64,000 nt of DNA from Octopus sinensis. Lineage: Eukaryota. The translations under genes were made by a program, and so were the position numbers. This document shows, in pieces, positions 29,763 to 43,950 of this stretch (position 1 is the first letter of the stretch; every line of letters starts with the position of its first letter). The notes under the pieces are model-generated. The model saw only the letters and a list, made by a program, of their open reading frames with translations, had not been told where the DNA came from and did not search any database. The stretch lies in the NCBI RefSeq assembly GCF_006345805.1, contig NC_043015.1, positions 8,618,001 to 8,682,000 of the forward strand. The letters are read 5' to 3'.

Positions 29763-29782
29763 GTATATATATATATATGTAT

Positions 29783-29840
<58 letters not shown>

Positions 29841-29908
29841 TGATAAAACGGTAAGATAACAAAAGAAAGAAAGAGACCTCAATATTATGTAAATAGAGGA
29901 AATTTATC

Positions 29909-30636
29909 TATACAATATGTTACATTACTCGGTAGTCAAGATAAAATTCTGAGTTTCAGATGCCGAAGTGGAAATCCACAACACCATCTCTTCGGTTATC
30001 TGGCTATTTGAAAACGTTATGAAAAAATACCGTTAAAAATGAAGGGAAATTACTCTGTTATAACTCTGCTTTGCCTGCGTACTTATACATCGCTCGCATT
30101 TTTCGTCATAAAAATTATATAAAAATACATAAAAATTTATAAAAATATATAAAAATATATAAAATCTTCTTGGGACATAACACAGAAAGCATGTTCTATC
30201 CGTTTTCTTTAAGGGACCAAAAACGTAACAGAAATTTAGTCACATGTGGGCATGATCCGAAAAGCTCTGTCTAAATACAAGGACAGAGCTTTTCGGATCA
30301 TGCCCACATGTGACTAAATTTCTGTTACGTTTTTGGTCCCCTAAAGAAAACGGATAGAACATGCTTTCTGTGTTATGTCCCAAGAAGATTTTATATATTT
30401 TTATATATTTTTATATATTTTTATGTATTTTTATATAATTTTTATGACGAAAAATGCGAGCGATGTATAAGTACGCAGGCAAAGCAGAGTTATAACAAAG
30501 TAATTTCCCTTCATTTTTAACGGTATTTTTTCATAACGTTTTCAAATAGCCAGATAACCGAAGAGATGGTGTTGTGGATTTCCACTTCGGCATCTGAAAC
30601 TCAGAGTTTTATCTTGACTACCGAGTAATGTAACAT

Positions 30637-30644
<8 letters not shown>
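29909..30644. repeat. Long fold-back inverted repeat (363-bp arms, 10-nt loop) with a degenerate hammerhead in each arm; insert runs 29841-30644 between TA tracts
   Basis: Arms 29909-30271 and 30282-30644 with about 4 mismatches seen. + strand 30552-30614 reads AGATAA-CCGAAGA-GATG...CATC-T-GAAAC-TCAGA-GTT^-TTATCT. Confidence 0.95.
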
Positions 30645-30676
<32 letters not shown>

Positions 30677-30696
30677 TATATATTTAGATATGTATA

Positions 30697-31948
30697 TTAG
30701 GCCGTCACCTATGAGATTTGAAGGTATATATTAAAGTTTGACAGCTGCTCATTTTGCGCAGTTATTAAATTTTTTGGCAATCTCTTTTTTGTTCCTTTTT
30801 CTTTATTCTAACTCATTTTCCGCTCTATAAAGTATTTAGAAATGTTTTTTTTTTCTTTTTGCTATTTTTGATTAGAGATTGATAAGTCGGAAATGCGCAC
30901 AGTTTTGTAATATGTGTTCTTTCTAGGAAATATACCATCACAGACACCTCGGAATATTAATGGCGTGTTTCAGCACAAATTATCAAATTGCTTTGCAAAT
31001 TATCGTTCTGGTAACTTTGACCTCAGAAATGAGCAACGCGGTCAACCAGAGACAAAGGTGGTTAATTCCGAAATGAAAGTCACCGCCGAGTCAGGCACAT
31101 ATCAAAGTGCCCGAGAATTATCGTTATCTCTTGGTGTTAGCAAGCAAACAATATTGCCTCACCTAGTTCAAATTGGTAAAGTGAAAAAGTTGGAAAAGTG
31201 TGTTCCACATGAACTCAATGAAAATCAGAAACTGTAAAGTTATCGTACTTTCTCGTATGAATATGGATGGTGTGACGAGAAATGGATCCATTATTTTCTC
31301 GTCAAAGAATGAAACCTGTGACGACAATGGATCCAGTAAAACAACCGTAATCTTTCAGCGCAATTGTTGGTGAAACACGAGCCACCGAAACAGTCCAAAG
31401 AGCAAAATTCATCAAAAGAGTCTGAAGGTGTGTGTGTTTGGTGGTATGGCGCAGTTATGATCCATCATGATTTCATTAAACCTGACTCATCCATCTCGGC
31501 CGAAGTAAACTGCAGCCAACTGGACCAAATGAGGCAGAAATTTACAAAAAAAATAATCTAGATTGATAATAAAGACCCAAGACAACGCCAGATCAAATAT
31601 CGCAAAAATGACGTCGGTAAAACAACAGGATCTGTAGTTGGAAGTTCGCCATCATCCACCAAACTCACCTGATTTTCCTCCCACTTACTACAACTTCTTC
31701 CAGAATTTAGGTAATTTTTTATAGGAAAAAGAATTTCCGACGATGCTGTGAGACAGGCCTTTCAAGGTTTTTTTGACTCTAGAATTCCAGGCATTTACAA
31801 TTACGGACTGGACAAGTTACCGCTGAAATAGCAACATTATACTGATAATATGGGTGCGTACTTTCATGAATAAAACTATACCTTTTATTTATAAAACATT
31901 AGCAAATATTTTTTTTCTTTTCTACAAATCTTTTACTTGTCGACCTAA
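30697..31948 (+). mobile_element. Mariner-family DNA transposon relic (~1.25 kb) with degenerate TIRs
   Basis: CVPHELNENQK (WVPHEL motif), CDEKWIHY, QDNAR and PPNSPDFPP (YSPDL-like). The termini TTAGGCCGTCACCTATGAGATTT and AAATCTTTTACTTGTCGACCTAA match at 17/23. Confidence 0.9.
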
Positions 31949-32234
31949 CATATATATTCTTTATCACATATTTAATACTATATTACAAATTTTTCCGTAC
32001 TATTTCAATTTGCAATGACAGTTTTCGCAGAAATTCAAACAAAATCACGCAATATTTGCGTTGTTAGATATTGGAGAGGCGCATGATCAGTCTTGCATCA
32101 ATGGTATGCTTATTACATAGTGCATCCTTCAGACTTTCTTGTTAGGAAAGCATCGAGGGGAAATATATATGCGTGTCTGTGTATGTGTTTATGCATATGT
32201 GTACACATAGTTATATACATACATAGATACATAG

Positions 32235-32304
<70 letters not shown>

Positions 32305-33123
32305 ATATATATATGATGTGCCAACACATGCAGACGTGCATGTTACATATCGCTGTTTTGATTTCTAGTACATTAATTCGCCTAATGCGCTCTTTTAATG
32401 GAATTAGATAATTCAAAAGTAAAATATACTATATGAAATTCATTAATTAATTACATGTCATTAATTTAGTGTTTGAAATAATAATTACATTATCCAGTTT
32501 GATTTTACAGATATATCAGTGAAAAATGCTGGATGTAAATAATCACTATAATACGTAAATTTTTTCTGTATCTATAGATGATCACGTTTTAATATATGCG
32601 GACTATGAAATTTTATGAGACGAAAGCAGAAATAATGTGTTAATAACATTAATGTATTAAATAATTATGTATGCGCAATGTATATATCATTACATGAAAA
32701 CATTACATAACATATGCATACTTTGTTATGTTTTTCCTTATGAATGTTGCTCGGATATTGATGCTTGCTTAATTATCAATAAAAAATGAATGACTTTTAA
32801 TCATAATCTAAATAGTGAATCGTAGCATGATCACAAATACTTGCTGTTTTTCATAAACTGCCATGCATTCTATAGATTTTTGTGTTATACACATGCATGA
32901 CTTCATAAAATAACAGACGTGCGCATACACAGTAACGTAACAAATAATATAGTGTACCCATGTATAAAGGAATATATATGTGTGCGTGCGTATACATATC
33001 TATATGTGTGAAATTAAATATATATATGTGTGTGTGTGTGTGTGAAGAGAGAGAGTTGTAGGTGGAAATAGGTATACATATATACACAACACGGCTTACT
33101 TAGAGAGTGAGAAATAGTATATA

Positions 33124-33189
<66 letters not shown>

Positions 33190-34609
33190 ATATACATGTG
33201 TGTTTATGTATGTATGAATGATGTATCAATATATGTATATAAACATTTTTTATAAAGATATAATGATGCATAATTACATAGCTATATACATACTAACAAA
33301 CAAAAACGGCCACAATTTCACTTTCATTGGACACCTCTGTATGCTATATTGACATAAACCTGTTCTAAGTTTAGTTTTATAATATGCAACAATAGAACAT
33401 ACTTGAGTAGAAACCAGTAAGTGCAAAGATTTAATTACGAACGAGATATTGTCCTGATAACTACTTGACGGTTAATCAATATTTCCTCGGAATATTCTAG
33501 CGTTTTGTCCATGCTGAAATCCTTACAGATGTAACAGGGACTACAACCTGGCGAGAAGCACACAAACTGGGCTGGGTGAACTCTGCTAGTACCCTCCCTC
33601 AAAGAGAAAAAAGGAACGAATTTTTTTTGATCATGTCTAAAATTGTTAGATGAAACGTATTAAATGAATGTCTATAATCGCAGGACAGTTACACGAACAC
33701 TCACACACGCACAAACACACTCACCTACACACATACACACAAACTCACACAAACACAATTACTCTTGCCCTTACACACTTGTGTATGTATTCATACACAT
33801 ACACATATATATGGATACAAAGACGCAGGGTGGTAGCTAGTAGACCGAATCCGTTGAGCACCGATGATTTTTGTTAGCACAAAATGAGGTGAGAATGGAA
33901 GTGTCTTCTGGGGCACCGCAGCGCGATATCCATCCTGATACGAGGGCTTTTGCTACGGATGCAGTGGTGATGACATTTAACAGAATCGCTCCCGGCCATC
34001 TGCTGAAGCGATGAATGCATGTGAAACAGGTATGTAAATCCCTGGTTGAATTGCTACGGCCCTGGAATATCGATATCTACGTGAGAAAACCGTATGTAAG
34101 GAGAGTTAAGAAGTGCTGAGAGGTGCCCGGATGTAATTCTGCAACTTAGATTTCTATATTTGAAGACAGGAAAGTGACCACTCAGTAATTTTCCGCGTCA
34201 TGTTTGACCAGAAGAATCTAGCTGTAATGAGTATTGCTAGGACCACGACAACAGGATGGACAAGACGGTGCAAATTATTAAAAATAACCCTGTGATGTTT
34301 TTCCAGAAAGAAAGGAGGAGGTGAGTCTGTCGATATGTCACACAAGATGCTCTTGTCCGCAGTTGGTATGGGCAAGTACTTGAACTTACAAGTCGAAAAT
34401 TCAGCAAAGAAAGCTAAATCTGTCAAATTAATTGCAGTGGTGGGTGCCAAAGAGTTGATTGGCAAACGGCAGAAAGCATCCCCAGCAATATTCTGAGTTA
34501 CGGAGGTATGATTAACGTCGCTGCTAATTACCCTCGAGGTTTTTTCTGGCTTAGTCCGTAAGGCAAAGGTAAGAGGTTCATGATTTGGGTAGATAGTAAT
34601 ATATATTCT

Positions 34610-35000
34610 TTGAGGTCGAGATGATGTCCAGGATACTTAGAATAAAAACCTCTACCAGAAAATAGAGGAGAGATACAGCACTGAATTGAAGAAGTATATT
34701 GAAAAGGCAGCGAAGAGATACCTCAACGACTGCTTCATGATCTGGACAACATCTCAAAACACTGTGGAATGATTCAATATCCACCTGAATGAACTATACC
34801 CATCCATCCAATTCACAAACGAGATGAGCAGTACCAAATTACCATTCCTACATATAATGGTAATTAAAAAGAAAAACCACCATTACCACAGATATATATT
34901 ATAAATACACGGATACACACCAATAGCTGAATTTTAAATCGTGGCATCCACCGCATACAAAACGTAACAACCCATACGGCTTAGCCAGAAAGATATGTAC
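34610..35000 (+). pseudogene. Penelope-like element reverse transcriptase relic (C-terminal RT/thumb)
   Basis: Manual translation gives KRYLNDCFMIW..LNELYPSIQFTNEMSSTKLPFLHIMVIKK..TDIYYKYTDTHQ*LNFKSWHPPHTKRNNPYGLARKIC, the typical PLE pattern, with stops. Confidence 0.8.
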
Positions 35001-35359
35001 CTGTCCATTTGTTAAATAAGAATAGGCATTTAATACTTCAGGAATCAGCGCCTGACGGAACTGAAAGAATTTCTGCTGAAACAAAAATACTCGTCAGTAC
35101 TTATAGAAAATGGTATTACCGGCGGTTTCCTTTGTGTTATTGGGCTTATTGCACCCATAAAGCAAGATATGATGAATGTGTTCCTTTGTCACTATCATTA
35201 TAGGCTTAAAAGAAAAACTGTTAATATTGAACTACACTCATCGAAACTTACACTAAGAATAAGGACAAGTTAAAACAACTACGTTCCTTTACAGTAAGTT
35301 GATGCAGGTAGTTTATCCCCATCCCCTGCGACTTATTTAAATGTACATATATGAATATA

Positions 35360-35425
<66 letters not shown>

Positions 35426-35564
35426 CATATGCATATGTGCGTGTATATGCCTCTGTGTGCATATATGTACGGATTTTGTTTTTATGTGTCTTCGTGTTTG
35501 TCCACCGCCTTACTTTGCCCATTATGACCACTATACACTTACTGGTACAAGAAAAATAAAATAT

Positions 35565-35617
<53 letters not shown>

Positions 35618-37634
35618 CACTTAATCATTCACAAACACATGCATACATACATATGTACGATCTTGGATACATACATACATTAATATATAGATAAAAATGG
35701 GGAACAAATATTAGGTGTAGAGAGATATATATTTACACGATGTATGCATAGGAGTGTAACTTTTTCTTTGGTAGTATCCCCGATGGAACAGCGAGTCATA
35801 CTTTTGTGCTGATGAAATTCGTAATTGTGGGAAATTTTCTTGGTGTTTCAACTATACTACCTTCATTTCCTCTATTCGTAGCTTTCGCTACGTTGAATAC
35901 AGCTACTCCATTTATGACTTGCGTCATTATGATTATTAAGGTCGTAGTATTTGGTTTATTATATTCTTTCTGCTATATTCGATTTGAAATTATCACTGAA
36001 TCGTAATGATATATGATTACCAATGCTGTATAGAGTTTAATTTTGATAATATCCTAATAAACTTTTCGTGAGCAATTTCACCAAGTCAAGCGCCGCGTAG
36101 AAAGGACTCAATGTATGCCTTTTTATTTTTGGTGTACTTTACTCCACATATACGAAAGCAGACAAACACAGAGACATATACCAGCACTATATACATCAGA
36201 AGTTCATAACAATATTTATTGAAATCTAGATGTACGAATAATTCCCAAGACATACTTGGAAGTTATTTCGACGAACAGAATCTGCATTTTGATAGCAGAT
36301 AGTGATAATGACAAGCTTAGTTCCTACGAAATTACAATCTAATAGCTTCCGAAATATGACAGCTTGAAGGCAACTGGTAAGAAAGGTCAGTTGTCTGTTT
36401 GCAAAATGATAGCATCATAGATAACTCTTTCATTGCAAGAGAAAATGTTTGTGGAATATTTATCATCTACAAAGTTCAATAATAAAATAAATGTGATGAG
36501 AGTTATTAAATGATATCTCAATTTTCGTTATCAATGTTATTTCCCATAATATGCCTCTTATCATTGCAATTTTACATAAGCAAATATAGAAATAATAATA
36601 ATGTTTCTGTAAGCCATGCACCTTAGACCTGTCGTCTGGATATATTTCCGCATGATTCAAACAAACAGTTCTCAAATGGCTTCTAGGAATGCTTTAAATA
36701 GCAAGCAAATTCCCTTTAGTAAGAAATGTATAACCCCAGAATTACCACGATTGTATCTATTAGAATTCAATGAACGCGTTAGGTGAAAATCAGCAATGTC
36801 TCGACACAAAATTATTTTTCTATTCTTTTATTTTCATGGTTACTCACTTAATTTTCTTGTATTGTATTAATAGAAAAGATAATATTTATGTTCTCATCAC
36901 TGTTAGGTTTTAAATCTGGTAACTCTCTACATTATGTATTCTAACTTTATCTTTACTAAACAACTGAAATAAATACGTGTTCAAGTATATGTATAGTTTC
37001 CTGTTATTTGCACATCTTTTCATATAAATAGTTCCTGAGAAGCTCGAATTGTTATCTATTTTTAGGACAAGTGCTTCAAAATCATGGCTCACCATGAAAT
37101 GTATAAGCTTGGTAAAGAATAGGAGTTGTTGAAAGTATATGTCGCTTCGTGAAAGTCATGTCTCAAACGAACTCAATAATAAAATATCACACGGAATCCT
37201 TAATATTGGTATACAAAAGAAGTCAGCGTGAGAAATAGTTGGTGGGGGGTTTATTTTTGTCCGTCATATGGAGTTCATAGTTCATGATGCGTTTTACTTC
37301 TTCATTATAGAAATAATAAGGGAATATTAATTTAATGGATTGGTTTGAAGAACGACAGCGCCTACAATTGTTTTATCGTGAATGATGCTTGTATGATGAT
37401 CAAGACAACTAGGTTCTATCGTCTATCTATATATTTAGAGAAATATCACATACATTTAGGTTATAGCTTGTAGTAGTTTCCATCTTGAACCAGTGGTGGC
37501 AATTGAGGCAGTAAAATTATTATTCCAATCTCTGTATTTGCGATGGTTCATTATCTTGTATATTTTAAGAAAAGATAAAACGTGTATCACAATCTAAAAC
37601 CTGTAGGTTGCGATATAAACATAGCGTAGCTAAA

Positions 37635-37866
37635 GGCGGCGAGCTGGCAGAAACGTTAGCAGGCCGGGCGAAATGCTTAGCGGTATTTCGTCTGCCGCTA
37701 CGTTCTGAGTTGAAATTCCGCCGAGGTCGACTTTGCCTTTCATCCTTTCGGGGTCGATTAAATAAGTACCAGTTACGCACAGGGTTCGATATAATCGACT
37801 TAATCCATTTGTCTGTCCTTGTTTGTCCTTTCTGTGTTTAGCCCCTTGTGGGTAGTAAAGAAATAG
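37635..37866 (+). mobile_element. Octopus-type tRNA-derived SINE, full length
   Basis: GGCGGCGAGCTGGCAGAA head, GAGTT(G)AAATTCC B-box, GACTTTGCCTTTCATCCTTTCGGGGTCGAT core and AAAGAAATAG tail. Probable TSD CATAGCGTAGCT / CATAACGTAGCT (37620-37631, 37874-37885). Confidence 0.85.
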
Positions 37867-39129
37867 ATCTAAGCATAACGTAGCTTCTGTATTAAGTAGA
37901 GCATTAGAATGTTTCTGTGACTTATTTGAGGAATCGAGATATGATTCATTTAGAAACGAAATGGAAGTAAAAAGGATTCGCAGCCGAATGTTAAGCATAT
38001 GTTTGTCATGCACAGGGGTGGAAAACCTTATTGAAAGGGATGAAATCGACTTCTTATGTTGTTGCATTGTGTAGTATTAAGAGTTTGTGATTTGTAGAAG
38101 TAGCTTGGCAAAATATTCTTGATCTATGAGCCTAAAAATCTATTCTGAATTTAGACAAGCTTTAATCGGTACATTAAATATACTCCGAATGAAAGATTTT
38201 CTGAAAAATTTTCATATGTTTAAAGAATAACAATTTATTCTGAAAGTTCCATATGTTTAAGGAATATCAGTTTATTCTTAAAGGTCATATGTTTAAGGAA
38301 TAATGATTTATACACAAAATACACGAAAATATTTTGTAGGTGGAGTTTGTGCTCATCTACTGAATTTGCTCACTCGTTATCAAGAATAAAATAAATACTC
38401 GGCTGATTAGAATATATTTGAAACAATGGAATATAAGGTGTGTCAGATGAGAATTCTGTACTGAATTGTGAATGTTCCATTTATAACTCTATGAGATTTG
38501 TTAATAAATATCAATAAGTAAAAACAATTTGATATACTAACATTTAAAATACACAGGCATTACCTTATTTAACGCCGTGTACAATAACCAAATAGACAAT
38601 GCGTTTGTGCACCCGCTCAAAAATTAATTGAAATTATAAAGACAAAAATTCTTAGTTACTCCATGTTTTGTCAGTCATACCAAAGTTGATTGACATATAT
38701 CTTAACTGTCATAAAACTATTTGACTAACCGCTAAATCTGCTAATTTCTTAACTTAACGCGCGTATATTTCTACACACCAAATCTATGAAAATCCAACTT
38801 TAAATCAGATATTTATTTCTTTACCCACAAATAATCTTCCAATGCGTATTAAACGATTAATCTTTATAATATAACATTGATATAATTATAAGAACGTACT
38901 GCCCTATATAGTTCTTTTACATAACATTTTATGTGATTTTAGACGAAAACTGTTGACTTACACTACCAAGTTGAGTAAAATGTAAGCAAAGTTTTGAACC
39001 ATGAAAAATTTGTACCGGATTTTTGTAGAGCTTTGAATTTTTTAAAAACATTCTTTGGCAATTTTCTGATAATACAGACATAGACTAGCCCAAATGCATC
39101 AATAAATTAACATTGATTTTTTCACCGTT

Positions 39130-40050
39130 GTACAATCATCTCGGCACCTGGAGAGGCAAGGCGATACCTCCCAACAGCGTCGTGGGGCGTTGGTCGAAGG
39201 GGCCAGTTAAAATTCTAGAGGTTCGGTATTGCTCAGACCTTCAGATAGAGAAGAATTGGAGCGGGGTGAAGATCAAGGTGACCAGCCTAACGTATACTTG
39301 GTCTAAGTGGCGGCTATCACTGAAACGGTGGAGGTCGCGGGAGTGTGTATCTAAAGTTGAGTGCTTGCCAAGCGGAGTGTCGTAGGGCACTCAATCTTCT
39401 CTGTGACACGGGCAACGCCAGCAGCGGGGGTTCCGTCTCGTCGTTGTATAGAGGGTTGCTAGAGGCTCAGTGCGACGGCGTTCTGGGAGAGATTCTGGGC
39501 TTCAATGAGGATCAGCTAGCCAGTCTGTTCCGAAGGACATTCAGGCCAGGACCCTCGATTAACTTCCAGGGATCCCTGGCTTGGCAGTGTTACCAAGGAG
39601 CCTTACCTGTTCGTGATACGTTCGCAATGCATAGTGCCCTTTGCGCACCCAGGTGTCTAAGAAGCGCGCAGGACCGAGAAACAAATGTGAACACAATTAT
39701 GCAATTCCCTCAAACTTTCTGAGATGTGGGTTTACGTTGACCATCTGTTGTCACGGCTGGGAAGAAAACAACTGTATTCCGAGTCGATTGTAAAGATTTC
39801 CCTTCTGCCTCTTTTAACAAAGAAAGGTCTGTTTTCTGACTGTGGTCGCTATAAGAAAAGATGCTGTATGGTAGCCCCGCGTGAAAGGATTCGTGACAGG
39901 TACATTCATCGGCAGCCTTGGACTTGTCCATTATCTCATCTACCACCTTAAGAGGAAAATAAGGGCAGATAGAAAATGCCTGTCACCTGATATATATGGA
40001 ACAAAGATGGAAGGCCGTGGCGAGTTTGCTGCGAATGAATGAATCCACGG
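39130..40050 (+). mobile_element. Degraded L1/Tx1-clade LINE 3' region
   Basis: SLYRGLLE..LFRRTFRPGP..SLAWQCYQGALPVRD..PRCL..WVYVDHLLSRLG, which is homologous to the copy at 58645-59870. Confidence 0.75.
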
Positions 40051-41559
40051 TACAGGAGGGAGTGTAGAGGAGCCCGACAAGCAGGATGGTAAGGACCTAC
40101 AAATGGACATAGAAAAAACAGAAGGTAAGTTTGTAAGCCGGAAAAAGAGAAGAAAGAGTAGAACACAGGGTATTAATGTTAACCCCTATATTACCCCACC
40201 CTATCCCCATCCCACTCTTTCCCCACATCCGGAAGGACACCAACCCTCACCTTACGCCACGAGACACTGGTAATATAGCTACAAACACACAGGAGCCGCA
40301 AATTTCTTAACCCCAGATTGGGAAATAAGTTGTATTGTTTTTTTACAATGAGTTATTCGATGAGTTGAGCGAGATAATAAACAATGTGGACCAGTGAGGG
40401 TTCAGCTCCCAAATGGTCTAAATGTAGTGGAGATTGGCCCTTGAAAAACATGAGCGTATTGGACGCCCATCTACCATCGATAATGGTTAATCAATTACCG
40501 TCATTTAGAAAGATTCACTTATGCAGACACAATAGTTACTTTGCGGTAGTCGGGGATAGTGATTTTCTTCAAAAAGTAAAGGACACGTATTTTCAGTGTT
40601 TCGATCTATAGGCAATACATTTCACGGTTACCTGGCTGCATACTCTGTGATTGAGACTATGTAATACTGTTTGAATGCGAAAAGTCACTTTAGTTTAATA
40701 GTTTGGAAAAAAGTTAATGGTAATAGTTAGGTTGAATTTTCAGGGAGGGAAATTCGTTTTAAGCATTTCAACTATTTCGTGTCTCATAACAATTTTCTCC
40801 GTTTGGTTATCTTAGGTATGTACACAGTGTTAATATTACTTGCAGGGTTGACATATCGTAATATGTCGTGTTTGGATTTCTTCACGTTATAGAGTCGTTA
40901 TCACATATTATCTTATTTGCAACATTGCATTGTATATACGTTCGTGTACTTATTTTTGTGTATATGGCACCTGATAGGAAATTCTTTACTGGAATGTGGA
41001 ATTAGGCATCATAGTGAGGAAACTTGTTATCTCCAATTACTTGAGTATATTTGAAAGTGCGCGGCTGCTGGATTAATATGAATCATTGCAGTATAGATTA
41101 AGTAATTTCGCTAGCTGTCGACACATATATCGTTGACTTCTTGTTCAGCTGCTATGGAATATTATTGAATTCCGGCTTCAGCAGAAGCTAAAGTCTTGTT
41201 ACACATGAAATACAGTGCCCGGAAATTATTGATGTTAACACTGCTACCACCATTTTTGTTATTCCTTCAGTTAACCATATTATAATTATTGATATTTCTT
41301 CCTTACTTTATTGTTCTTGGAGAGCCGCCGAAATAAATATAAAATTCTAATGCTGTCATCCATCGGTTAGGGCGACGGATGTTCCAGTTGAAAGGATCAA
41401 TGGAACAACATGCTTGTGAAGCTAATGTGTAAGTGACCCTCTACAGATAACCGTACAATTAACATAGTTCTCAGGAAGATTAAGTGGAACACAGAATATG
41501 AGAAGGTTTCTTATTTCAATTTCAGGTACAGCTCATTTTGACAGCTGAAAGTATTCTAG

Positions 41560-41664
41560 GGACTTGAAATTGAGTGTCTTGTTTCAAGAACACAACGCAA
41601 TGACAGGAATGGAACTCTTTCGATTGTAAGCTGAATGCTCAAACCACTAAGTCACGCGCCTTCA
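41560..41664 (-). mobile_element. tRNA-derived SINE head fragment
   Basis: Minus strand reads GTGAAGGCGCGTGACTTAGTGGTT (A-box) ... GCGTTGTGTTCTTGAAACAAGACAC. Same type as 2318-2545. Confidence 0.6.
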
Positions 41665-41674
41665 CATCACTGCA

Positions 41675-42340
41675 ATCACTGGCTTAGCGGTTTTTCGTCT
41701 TCCACTAAGTCCTGAGTTCAAATTCCGTCGAGGTCGACTTTACCTTTCATCATTTCGGGGTCGATTAAACAAGTACCAGTTGCGCACTGAGGTCGATGTA
41801 ATCGACTTAATCCGTTTGTCTGTCCTTGTTTGTCCTCTCTGTGTTTAGCCCCTTGTGGGTAGTAAAGAAATATATATTTCGTTTGCCCTTCATCCTTTCA
41901 GGGTCGATGTACGCACTGGGGTCGATGTAATCGACTTAATCCCTTTGTCTCTCCTTGTTTGTGCCCTCTGTGTTCAGCTCCTTTTGGGTAATAAACTAAT
42001 AAGAAATGTTAGCGCGCCGGCCGAATTGCTTAGTGGTATTTCGCCTGCGTTACGTTGTGAGTTCAAATTCCGCCGAGGTCGACTTTGCCTTTCATCCTTT
42101 CGGGGTCGATAAATTAAGTACCAGTTACGCACTGGGGTCGATGTAATCGACTTAATACCTATGCCTGTCCTTGTTTGTCCCCTCTGTGTTTAGCCCTTTG
42201 TGGGTAATAAAGAAATAGGTATTTCGTCTGCCGCTACCTTCAAATTCCGCCGAGGTCGACTATGCCTTACATCCATTCGCGGTCCGTTAAATAAGTACCA
42301 GTTACGCCACTGGGGTCGTTATAATCAGCTAACCCCCTCT
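41675..42340 (+). mobile_element. Cluster of about four head-to-tail partial copies of the octopus-type SINE
   Basis: Repeated GAGGTCGACTTT..CATCCTTTCGGGGTCGAT and GGGTAATAAAGAAAT blocks. Confidence 0.85.
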
Positions 42341-43379
42341 CCCAAAATTGTGTATGTGATTGTGTTTGTGTGTATTAGTGTATATATATGTATATATTGA
42401 ATGAGATATAGTTGATAGAGAGAGAAGGAGAGGCAGAGAGAGAAAAAGAGGATTAATTTCTTTTAAACATATATGAAAAGATAACACCTCTCTCGATGTA
42501 ACTTATTTCATTTCTCTGTTTTCATATAATCGTATTTGTGCTTAGTGTAAAATTTATCGCAACATTACTAGTAATAAATCTACTTTGCTTGACATTCACA
42601 AGCTGAAGTTTTACTCATTTTCTTGCCTTAATGCTCTTCTGATACTTCAATAGAATAGAATGTAAATATCATGGGCAAATGTATTTAGTTTTTCACAAAT
42701 TTTGGTCATTATTTGAAGCATCTTTCTCAAATTAATACACTTAGCATATTCTCAGGTATTTTTGGATTCACACAGCCTGTGTATTAATTTGTTTCATACG
42801 TACTTTGTTCTCTAATTACGTATTCAATTTGCACTTCGTTCTTTATAACTATAGTAATATCACCGAGCGTTTCTTTTTGTCTATAATATCAAAATATCAT
42901 ATTACCAAAGACTTAAGAATCTCACAATAAAATCTAAGTTCTGATCTAGATAGCAAAGCATCAAAATCATTTAGATAGAAATTATTACATAAATCTCACG
43001 TGTTGTCTATATACAGAACGAAGTTATTCACTGAAATTTCATATATAAGGTGCGTAACTTTTCATTCTTTTTTTCTGTTGAAGGTGCCTTTTTCTAAGAG
43101 GTCTAGTTTTTTTCTAACCTATTTCTGTCTTCAGACCAATAATGTCAGACATCATGTTGACTCAACAAACAAAATGATCCGCTGTGATCATTGTCTTAAT
43201 AGAGTAGCATAGTGCTACAGAGACAGGTCGATCCTGAAAGCTATCAGATCCTTCGTTGTAAAAGTTTGAAAGGAATCAGATGCTGACGAACATCCAGCAT
43301 CAGCATCTAAATGCAAAACAAATGAACAGCGTCATAATACCACCAGCATAAATGAATCTGTACAAAACATTAAACTAAT

Positions 43380-43950
43380 TGATTAAACCACCGAAACCTC
43401 AAACAGGGATATTGTGAAAGACCTCACGGTTTCAAAATACACCCTCAGAAGAGTTGCGCTTGAAAACATCCCATATAAAACGTATGTGATGCAGAGGGGT
43501 CAGTTGACGGGTGTGAAAAGAGATCTGTCTAAAGTATTAACCAAGTTAAAACAGCAAGAGGCTGGGATTCTTTGGATTTACAGGACCAAAAGTTAAACCA
43601 AACGAACGACAGATTCCTATACAACGGCCCAAAATAAGTTCCAACGGTCATGCAAACTGAATTCCCAACAACCGGGGTGAATTTACGAGCCGTTAGTAAC
43701 GAGGGAGATGTCTGTGAGGCTTACTCACTTTTTATCACAGAGCTCAAACTCTAATGGCACTATCTACACAGTAGTGTTCGAGAAAGCTGTATGGATAGAC
43801 AGTACGGTACGGAAGACCAAACTTCTTCGAACAAAATTTTGCACCGTCTCATAAGCCCTAGACTTGATGCATACCAATTTTCATGATCATATCCTTCCCG
43901 ACAAATTGTCTACTTGCTCACCAGTCCTCAATCCTTCTACGTATGAGGTT
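43380..43950 (+). pseudogene. Highly degraded Tc1/mariner-superfamily transposase relic
   Basis: Manual translation gives AVSNEGDV, WIDS and CSPVLNPSTYEV (SPDLNP-like), with stops and frameshifts. No TIRs identified. Confidence 0.5.
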
